Source: Actinomycetota bacterium (GTDB taxonomy: Bacteria; Actinomycetota; Actinomycetes; Actinomycetales; Microbacteriaceae). From it: DNA of 47,227 nt. This document shows, one piece after another, positions 40,040-47,227 of the stretch. The position numbers were made by a program, and so were the translations under genes. The notes under the pieces are model-generated. The model made no database searches. It was given only the letters and a program-made list of their open reading frames with translations, and was not told where the DNA came from. Positions within the stretch are counted from its first letter, which is position 1; every line of letters begins with the position of its first letter. The stretch is from assembly GCA_041179605.1 (NCBI GenBank), contig JBEGTE010000001.1, positions 1-47,227 on the forward strand. Reading direction: 5' to 3'.

Positions 40040-41404
40040 TTACTGGGCCGACGCGATTTCTTCGGCGACGAGGAATGCGAGTTCCAGCGACTGCTTGTGA
40101 TTGAGGCGCGGGTCGCACAGCGACTCGTAGCGAGAAGCGAGCGTCTCTTCGTCAATCATTTCGGCGCCACCGAGACATTCCGTGACGTCGTCACCGGTCA
40201 ATTCGACGTGGATTCCGCCGGGGAACGTTCCCACCTGTCGATGGGCCTCGAAGAATCCCTTGACCTCGTCAACGACGTCATCGAATCGACGCGTCTTGTA
40301 CCCGTTAGGAGTCGTGATGCCGTTGCCGTGCATGGGGTCCGTGACCCACACCGGGAGTGCATCGCTGTCGCGAACGACCTCGAGCAACGGAGGGAGAGCG
40401 TCGCGGATGACTCCAGCGCCCATACGCGTGATGAACGTCAAACGTCCCGGTTCGCGATGGGGGTCGAGAATGTCGATGAGTTTCTTGACGTCATCCCCCG
40501 TCGTCTTCGGCCCGAGCTTGACACCAATCGGGTTGTGAATGCGAGAGAAGAAGTCGATGTGAGCACCATCGAGGTCACGCGTACGCTCGCCGATCCAGAG
40601 GAAGTGTCCGGACGTGTTGTACGGGTTCCCGGTGCGCGAGTCGATTCGCGTCATCGGACGTTCGTAATCCATGAGAAGTCCCTCGTGGCTCGAATAAAAC
40701 TCGACCGACTTGAGCGACTCGAAGTCGGCGCCCGCTGCCGCCATGAACTTGATGGCGCGATCGATTTCCTTCGCCAACTGTTCGTAGCGCTTGTTTGCAG
40801 GGTTCTCGGCGAAGCCCTTGTTCCACGAGTGAACTTCGCGAAGGTCCGCGAAACCACCCTGTGTGAACGCGCGAATGAGGTTGAGCGTGGACGCGGCCGT
40901 GTGGTACCCCTGAATGATTCGGTTCGGGTCCGCTGCGCGCGATTCAGGGGTGAAGTCGTAGCCGTTGACAATGTCGCCACGGTACGCGGGAAGCGTTACG
41001 CCATCCCGGGTTTCCGAATCGCTCGAACGTGGTTTAGCGAACTGACCGGCCATGCGCCCCATCTTGACAACGGGCATTGCGGCGCCGTAGGTCAGAACGA
41101 CCGCCATCTGCAGGATGGTCTTGACACGGTTGCGGATCTTGTCGGCGGTCGCACCGTCAAATGTTTCGGCACAGTCGCCTCCCTGCAACAAAAATGCATC
41201 TCCGCGGGCGACGCGCGCGAGGCGCTCCTTGAGTTGATCAACCTCACCGGCAAACACGAGCGGCGGCAACTTGGCAAGTTCCGCGGTGACCTTGCCGAGC
41301 GCCGCAGCATCTGGCCATTCTGGCTGCTGCTTGATGGGCAACGACTTCCACGCGTCGAGTCCTGTGAGGACGTCGGCGGTTGCGGCAACAGAGTTTTCGG
41401 TCAC
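40040..41404 (-). CDS. Class II 3-deoxy-7-phosphoheptulonate (DAHP) synthase
   Basis: QGGDCAE, GQFAKPRS, WIGERTR, DPMHGN and CDPRLN motifs. Confidence 0.97.
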   Translation of the reverse strand: MTENSVAATADVLTGLDAWKSLPIKQQPEWPDAAALGKVTAELAKLPPLVFAGEVDQLKERLARVARGDAFLLQGGDCAETFDGATADKIRNRVKTILQMAVVLTYGAAMPVVKMGRMAGQFAKPRSSDSETRDGVTLPAYRGDIVNGYDFTPESRAADPNRIIQGYHTAASTLNLIRAFTQGGFADLREVHSWNKGFAENPANKRYEQLAKEIDRAIKFMAAAGADFESLKSVEFYSSHEGLLMDYERPMTRIDSRTGNPYNTSGHFLWIGERTRDLDGAHIDFFSRIHNPIGVKLGPKTTGDDVKKLIDILDPHREPGRLTFITRMGAGVIRDALPPLLEVVRDSDALPVWVTDPMHGNGITTPNGYKTRRFDDVVDEVKGFFEAHRQVGTFPGGIHVELTGDDVTECLGGAEMIDEETLASRYESLCDPRLNHKQSLELAFLVAEEIASAQ

Positions 41405-41449
41405 GGGAATCCTTTATAAAGTCAAGGACTCCAGCCTATCGCGGGCGAA

Positions 41450-42130
41450 CTATTGCCCTGCGCGTGCGCGGGCCGAGCTCGCGTATTCGTCGGAGTATTC
41501 CTGGCCGGAGAGCGCGAGGATTTCAAACATGATTTCGTCGGTGATCGCACGAAGCACGAATCGATCACCCTCGTACCCGTTGAACCTGGAGAAATCGAGA
41601 GGTTGCCCGATGACAACACCGACGCGCTTCACAGTCGGCATCGGCTTGCCAATTGGCATTACCTTTTCCGTGTCAATCATGGCGACGGGAATCACGGGAA
41701 CATTCGCCTCGATCACCATGCGTGCAATTCCCGTTCGGCCGCGATACAACTTTGCGTCAGGGCTGCGCGTTCCCTCTGGGTAAATGCCCAACAACTTGCC
41801 CTCGTTGAGCACGGCAAGACCGGTGTTCAGCGAGTCTTCACTCGCTTTGCCTCCCGAACGGTCAATTGGCAACTGGCCGGCGGCGAGGAAGAACTGTCGG
41901 ACGAGCCAGCCCTTGATTCCGCGACCCGTGAAGTACTCGGCTTTGGCCAGAAACACGACCGGTCGACGGAGAACGAGAGGCAAGAAAATTGAGTCGACGA
42001 ACGAGAGATGATTGCTCGCGAGGATTGCGGCTCCCGTTGCGGGAATGTTTTCGATTCCACGAACCCACGGGCGGAACACGCGCAAGAGCAACGGTCCCAG
42101 AAAGAGGTTTTTCACGAGCCAATAGAACAC
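41450..42130 (-). CDS. plsC: 1-acyl-sn-glycerol-3-phosphate acyltransferase
   Basis: NHLSFVD (HxxxxD) and YPEGTRS motifs. Confidence 0.93.
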   Translation of the reverse strand: MFYWLVKNLFLGPLLLRVFRPWVRGIENIPATGAAILASNHLSFVDSIFLPLVLRRPVVFLAKAEYFTGRGIKGWLVRQFFLAAGQLPIDRSGGKASEDSLNTGLAVLNEGKLLGIYPEGTRSPDAKLYRGRTGIARMVIEANVPVIPVAMIDTEKVMPIGKPMPTVKRVGVVIGQPLDFSRFNGYEGDRFVLRAITDEIMFEILALSGQEYSDEYASSARARAGQ

Positions 42131-42232
42131 GTCGAAAGCCTAGCCTTTTCCAAAACGATTTCGTCGAGTCCTCGCTCAAATCCTTGGCGAACAGTAGAGT
42201 TGTCCCAATTACCCGAAGTCAAAGGAGACTCC

Positions 42233-44062
42233 ATGTTGGAGACGTCAAACCCACTGATCGTGCCGCACGACCCCAACCGCACGGTTTCCGACTTCCTCGA
42301 GGAGCGTTTCGCGTCGACACCCGAACACGTGATCTTCTCGCTCCCCCGAACTGACGGCGGATGGGATCCGGTCACCACTGCCGAGTTCCGGAACCAAGTC
42401 GTTTCATTGGCTAAAGGCTTCATCTCGGCCGGAGTTCGCCCCGGCGACAAAATCGGTTTCATCTGCGCGACCAAGTACGAGTGGTCGCTGATTGATTTTG
42501 CGGTGTTCTACGCGGGTGCGATCCTCGTCCCCATCTACGAGACGTCCTCCCCCAGCCAGATCGCCTACATCCTCGCGGATTCAGGGGCGGTCGGGCTCAT
42601 CGTTGACACTGCGGAGCAGTTCACCCGATTCGACGAATCCCGCGCGGAAGCCCCAGGAGTTGGAGTTGTCTGGCAACTTCACCACGGTGACATCGACAAG
42701 TTAATCGCTCAAGGATCCGATTTGCCCGACTCCGATGTCGAAGAGCGCCGAAACATTGCCGTCGGTTCTGATGTGGCAACCCTGATTTACACCTCGGGGA
42801 CGACGGGGAATCCCAAGGGATGCATCCTCACGCACTCGAACTTCGTCGACACGATCGCGAGTTCGACCATTTGGATGGAGGAAGTGGTTCTCACTCCCGG
42901 CGCCTCGACTCTGCTGTTCATCACGACCGCTCACGTGTTCGCACGAGTTGTGTCGATCCTGTGCGTGCATGCCGGCGTTCGAATCGGGCATCAGCCCGAC
43001 ACCAAGTTCCTCCTCCCCGCGCTTGCGTCGTTCAAGCCGACCTTCTTGCTCGCAGTTCCCCGTGTGTTCGAAAAGGTTTACAACTCGGCTGAACAGAAGG
43101 CCGAGGCGGGCGGAAAAGGCAAGATCTTCCGACTCGCCGCACACACCGCCATCGCGTATTCGAAGGCGCTCGACGCCGGAAAAGTACCGCTCGGGCTCAA
43201 GGTGCAATTTGCCGCTCTCGACAAGCTCGTCCTGTCAAAGCTGCGTTCAGCGATGGGTGGAAATGTCGTCTTTGCGATCAGTGGATCGGCTCCGCTCGGA
43301 CCGCGCCTCGGTCACTTCTATCGCGCACTTGGAATCCGGGTACTAGAAGGGTACGGGCTCACCGAAACCACTGCCCCCGTGTCCATCAACGTGCCTCAGA
43401 AGTTCAAGATTGGAACTGTCGGTCCCGTAATCCCCGGCGCAAGTGCGAAGATCGCCGAAGACGGCGAAATTCTCGCCAAGGGCGTCAATGTCTTCGCCGG
43501 TTACTGGCACAACGACAAAGCGACCGCGGATGCCTTCGTTGACGGCTGGTACCGCACGGGTGACATCGGAACGATTGACGAGGACGGTTACCTCATCATC
43601 ACCGGTCGCAAAAAGGAACTCATCGTCACCGCGGGTGGCAAAAACGTTGCCCCCGCCGTCCTCGAAGACCCCATCCGCGCGAACCCGCTCGTCGGGCAGT
43701 GCGTCGTCGTCGGTGACAACCGTCCGTACGTTGCTGCGCTGATTTCGCTGGACAGCGAGATGCTCCCGACGTGGCTTGCGAACAACAAGCTCGACCCGAA
43801 CATGACCCTTGAACAGGCCGGCGCTCACCCCGCCGTGCTGGCCGAGATTCAGGTCGCTGTCGACCGCGCGAACAAGAAAGTTTCGCGCGCCGAGTCGGTG
43901 CGAAAGTTCATCGTTCTGCCACTTGAATTCACCGAGGCAAGCGGCCACCTCACGCCGAAGATGAGCATCAAGCGTCACGTCATACTGAAAGACTTCGCCG
44001 CCGAAATAGACGGAATCTACGACAGCAACCCCGACACGAAGGGTCTGAGCCTCAACGACTAG
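42233..44062 (+). CDS. Long-chain fatty acyl-CoA synthetase (FadD15-like)
   Basis: [29 protein letters not shown] and LTPK motifs. Start ATG 42233 after SD AAAGGAG. Confidence 0.93.
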   Translation: MLETSNPLIVPHDPNRTVSDFLEERFASTPEHVIFSLPRTDGGWDPVTTAEFRNQVVSLAKGFISAGVRPGDKIGFICATKYEWSLIDFAVFYAGAILVPIYETSSPSQIAYILADSGAVGLIVDTAEQFTRFDESRAEAPGVGVVWQLHHGDIDKLIAQGSDLPDSDVEERRNIAVGSDVATLIYTSGTTGNPKGCILTHSNFVDTIASSTIWMEEVVLTPGASTLLFITTAHVFARVVSILCVHAGVRIGHQPDTKFLLPALASFKPTFLLAVPRVFEKVYNSAEQKAEAGGKGKIFRLAAHTAIAYSKALDAGKVPLGLKVQFAALDKLVLSKLRSAMGGNVVFAISGSAPLGPRLGHFYRALGIRVLEGYGLTETTAPVSINVPQKFKIGTVGPVIPGASAKIAEDGEILAKGVNVFAGYWHNDKATADAFVDGWYRTGDIGTIDEDGYLIITGRKKELIVTAGGKNVAPAVLEDPIRANPLVGQCVVVGDNRPYVAALISLDSEMLPTWLANNKLDPNMTLEQAGAHPAVLAEIQVAVDRANKKVSRAESVRKFIVLPLEFTEASGHLTPKMSIKRHVILKDFAAEIDGIYDSNPDTKGLSLND

Positions 44063-44556
44063 AGGTGAAACCAGGCGGAGTCGCGGATGTCACGCATCGC
44101 CTGACGCTTCAGTTCTGGCTCTAGACCCTCGACGTACACCCGTCCGTCGAGGTGGTCCGTTTCGTGCTGCAACGCCTGCCCCATCAAACCGTCACCGGAC
44201 AAGTCGACAGGGTTGCCGTCAAGATCGATTCCCGTGACTCGCGCCCAGGGATACCGCACACGCGGGTAACCAAGACCGGGAACCGACAGGCACGCTTCAT
44301 CGACAGGGGTTGGCTCCCCACGCACCTCCACGAGCACGGGGTTGAGAATGTAGCCGATGCGACCGTCGATGTTGTAGCTGAATGCGCGGCGACCGACACC
44401 AATCTGGTTGGCGGCAACACCCGCGCGACCCGGAAGCGCGACCGTATCAAGCAGGTCCTGCACGAGAGCGCGAACGGAATCATCAACCGACGCGATCTCG
44501 TCGGTTGCACTTCGCAACACGGGGTCGCCGAAGAGACGAATCTCGCGGACAGCCAT
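44059..44556 (-). CDS. def: Peptide deformylase
   Basis: [13 protein letters not shown] and QHETDHL.G motifs. Confidence 0.95.
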   Translation of the reverse strand: MAVREIRLFGDPVLRSATDEIASVDDSVRALVQDLLDTVALPGRAGVAANQIGVGRRAFSYNIDGRIGYILNPVLVEVRGEPTPVDEACLSVPGLGYPRVRYPWARVTGIDLDGNPVDLSGDGLMGQALQHETDHLDGRVYVEGLEPELKRQAMRDIRDSAWFHL

Positions 44557-45695
44557 TACTTAGTGGCGGGAAGTCCCTCGACCACGAGTGCGGCGAGGAG
44601 GCTGGCCGATTCACGGGTGAGCTTGGAGAGCTTGTCCCACGAGATGACAGAGCCTGCGGCGATGTGCGAGTCGTACGGGATGCGAACGACATCGCGGACG
44701 CGCGACTTGAAGTGGTTCTCAATCTCGTCCAACTTGACGAGAACTGTTCCCTGGGTTGCGGTGTTCAGGGCGACGACCGACTTGGCAACGAGTTCGGCGT
44801 AGCCATTTGATTCAAGCCAGGTCAGGGTCTCGGATGCGAGTCGCGCTTCGTCAATCGATCCACCGGACACGATGACGAGTCCGTCGGCGCGCTGCAGAAT
44901 CGGCTTCATCACCGAATGAACAATTCCCGTTCCACAGTCGGTCAGGATTATCGAGTAATAACGCGACGTGATGTCGGCAACGATGTTGTAATCGAACTCG
45001 TCAAACGCTTGCGACAACATCGGGTCCGCGTCGGATGCGAGCACGTCGAGACGAGTCTGGTCGCGGCTCACGTATTCCGAGAAGTCCGTGAACGAACCGA
45101 TGGACGGAGCCTTCTGAACGACCGTGCGGATGGTGTGGCGGGTCGAGCGCTGAATGCGTTCCACAAGCGTTCCGCGGTCGGGGTTCGCATCGATGGCGAC
45201 GACGCGGTCTTCGCGAACGCGAGCGAGAGCCATTCCCAGCAGCGTCGTCGTTGTGGTCTTGCCGACCCCTCCCTTACGAGTGAGAACCGGCACAAACCGG
45301 GCGTCTCCCGCCAGCGCTGTTGCGATTCGAGCTTCCATCTCCTTGCGCGCGCGTGCCTTGCGCGAGTCGCCGAGGTTCACTGTGTGGAACGTCACCGTGT
45401 AAACGAGCGACTGCCACCAACCCTCGGGGCGTGCGAGCTTCTCTTTGATATCGAGGAGTCGTTCATCAGTCAGCAACGCACTGGGTTCCGGTGCAGCCGC
45501 AACACCCGTGTGACGACGCGTGTACATCTCGTCACCGTCCGTGGACGCCGAGACGGGGATTGAGACTTCCGCGACGGACATGTCGATCGAATCGGGCGAA
45601 ATTTCGGGAACCGGTACCGCAATCTGAGTCGACTCTTCGGGAAGGTCTGCGATGACCTCGTCTTCCTTTTTGGTCGACTTCTTGCGTTCCGCCAC
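44556..45695 (-). CDS. MinD/ParA-family ATPase (actinobacterial type with low-complexity N-terminus)
   Basis: KGGVGKTT deviant Walker A, DANPD.G, DCGTG and IPYD motifs. Start GTG 45695 after SD AAAGGAG. TAATG overlap with def. Confidence 0.88.
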   Translation of the reverse strand: MAERKKSTKKEDEVIADLPEESTQIAVPVPEISPDSIDMSVAEVSIPVSASTDGDEMYTRRHTGVAAAPEPSALLTDERLLDIKEKLARPEGWWQSLVYTVTFHTVNLGDSRKARARKEMEARIATALAGDARFVPVLTRKGGVGKTTTTTLLGMALARVREDRVVAIDANPDRGTLVERIQRSTRHTIRTVVQKAPSIGSFTDFSEYVSRDQTRLDVLASDADPMLSQAFDEFDYNIVADITSRYYSIILTDCGTGIVHSVMKPILQRADGLVIVSGGSIDEARLASETLTWLESNGYAELVAKSVVALNTATQGTVLVKLDEIENHFKSRVRDVVRIPYDSHIAAGSVISWDKLSKLTRESASLLAALVVEGLPATK

Positions 45696-45746
45696 CTGAG
45701 ACTCCTTTGTTGAGGTACCGCGAATGACCACTCTACCCGAAACCGA

Positions 45747-47227
45747 TTACGCGGACGCGTTCGGTTCGAGCACGACGAGCAGGTCTCCCGGCTCGACCTG
45801 TTGGGTCTGAGGAATCACCAATTGTGCGACCGTTCCTCCGGTTGCCGATGTGATCGCGGCTTCCATCTTCATCGCCTCGATGGTCGCGACGGTTCCGCCG
45901 GGAGCAACAATGTCACCGACAGCCACCTGCAATGTCACAACACCCAGGAAGGGAGCCGCGATGTGTCCCGCGTTGCCGGGGTCGGCCTTTTCCGCCGTCG
46001 CGGTGTGCACCTCGACGGTCTTGTCACGAATGAGAAGCGGGCGCATCTGGCCGTTGAGGGTCGCCATCACCGTGCGGATTCCCTTGGTGTCTGGCTCTGA
46101 AATCGCCTCGAGCGTCATGAAGAGACTGACGCCCTTGCGCATGTCGACGACGTGCTCGACTCCAACCTTGAGTCCGTAAAGATAATCGTGCGTACTGAGG
46201 ACACTGATGTCTCCGTACTGTTCACGGCCCTGCAGGAACTGCTGCGTCGGCTGCGGGAAGAGCAGTCGATTGAGAGTCGCGCGACGCGTCGCTGAGTCTG
46301 CCCCCAGCGCCGCCTCGTCCTCAGTTTCGAGCGATTCCGCAACGGGCTTGTACACACGACCAGCCAGCGCTTTGGTGCGGAACGGCTCGGGCCATCCTCC
46401 AGGCAGGTCGCCGAGTTCGCCAGAAAGGAACCCGATCACCGAGTCGGGAATGTCGTATTTCTCGGGGTTCGCTTCGAAATCAGCGGGGTCTGCATTGGCG
46501 GCGGCCAGGTGCAGCGCCAAGTCACCGACGACCTTTGATGACGGCGTCACCTTCGGAGGACGGCCAAGAATTCGGTTTGCCTCGGCGTACCAGTCCTCCA
46601 CCTTCTCGAAGTGATCGGCAAGTCCCAACGCAATCGCCTGCTGACGCAGGTTCGACAGTTGACCGCCGGGAATTTCGTGGTGGTAAACGCGACCGGTCGG
46701 GCCGGGAAGCCCCGACTCGAACGGACGGTACATGAGTCGAACCGCTTCCCAGTAGGGTTCGAGCGCGGAAACCGCGTCCAACGATAAACCGGTGTCGCGC
46801 GGGGTGTGTGCGAGCGCGGCAACCAGAGCGGAAGCCGAAGGCTGGCTCGTTGTCCCCGCCATCGGCGCGGATGCAACGTCGACGATGTCGGCACCAGCAT
46901 CACTCGCCGCGATCAGCGTTGCAAGTTGCCCACCGGCTGTATCGTGCGTGTGGACGTGAACGGGCAGGTCGAATCGTTCGCGTAGAGCACCGACCAGCTT
47001 CGTCGCGGCGCCGGCACGAAGGAGCCCTGCCATGTCCTTGATGGCGAGGATGTGCGCGCCCGACTTCACAATCTCGTCAGCCATCGACAGGTAGTAGTCA
47101 AGCGTGTAAATGTCTTCTGCAGGATTCAGCAAGTCGCCGGTGTAGCAAAGCGCGACTTCAGCGACCGCGGTCCCCGTCTCCAACACAGCGTCAATCGCGG
47201 GTCGCATCTGCGCGACATCGTTGAGGG
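45747..47227 (-). CDS. pyc: Pyruvate carboxylase, C-terminal part (starts beyond window end)
   Basis: IKDMAG, HVHTHDT, PGGQ.SN and KVTPSSKVVGD motifs, plus biotinylation motif EAMKME. Confidence 0.96.
   Translation of the reverse strand, partial: LNDVAQMRPAIDAVLETGTAVAEVALCYTGDLLNPAEDIYTLDYYLSMADEIVKSGAHILAIKDMAGLLRAGAATKLVGALRERFDLPVHVHTHDTAGGQLATLIAASDAGADIVDVASAPMAGTTSQPSASALVAALAHTPRDTGLSLDAVSALEPYWEAVRLMYRPFESGLPGPTGRVYHHEIPGGQLSNLRQQAIALGLADHFEKVEDWYAEANRILGRPPKVTPSSKVVGDLALHLAAANADPADFEANPEKYDIPDSVIGFLSGELGDLPGGWPEPFRTKALAGRVYKPVAESLETEDEAALGADSATRRATLNRLLFPQPTQQFLQGREQYGDISVLSTHDYLYGLKVGVEHVVDMRKGVSLFMTLEAISEPDTKGIRTVMATLNGQMRPLLIRDKTVEVHTATAEKADPGNAGHIAAPFLGVVTLQVAVGDIVAPGGTVATIEAMKMEAAITSATGGTVAQLVIPQTQQVEPGDLLVVLEPNASA

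Noticed and set aside
8720-41419. Long opposite-strand ORFs (e.g. 8720..9799, 16302..17516, 30630..31904, 33065..34195, 36404..37345, 40097..41419)
   Set aside because: They mirror well-supported genes, have no recognisable motifs, and are expected from high-GC codon bias.

Overview
A gene-dense core-genome segment of a high-GC actinobacterium. Gene order and protein sequences point to Microbacteriaceae, probably a streamlined lineage (inference). In order: partial trpD; ctaE-qcrCAB (+) converging on ctaCDF (-), the cytochrome bc1-aa3 supercomplex genes, with an orphan 99-aa membrane ORF between them; an IscA/ErpA-family gene, M20 dipeptidase, DUF3043, pyrD-nrdR-hisD, flavin reductase, dnaE, rluA; the dcw cluster (mraZ to divIVA); DUF3040, polyprenyl synthase, a LysM hydrolase, a PASTA kinase (PknL-like), LysE, class II DAHP synthase, plsC, an acyl-CoA synthetase, def, a MinD-like ATPase and partial pyc. 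I found no mobile elements, CRISPR arrays, tRNAs or rRNAs. Most notable: (1) the murF slot holds only a 141-aa degenerate C-terminal MurF domain, still translationally coupled on both sides; (2) lspA is cleanly missing from its usual divIVA-rluA position although CtaC carries a lipobox; (3) an independently transcribed Cys-motif small membrane protein lies between the respiratory operons; (4) readable regulatory DNA, including an mraW RNA motif, MraZ boxes, WhiA- and FtsR-like sites at ftsZ, nine apparently leaderless genes and overlapping bidirectional -10 elements. All family calls come from motif recognition and recalled synteny; no searches were run.
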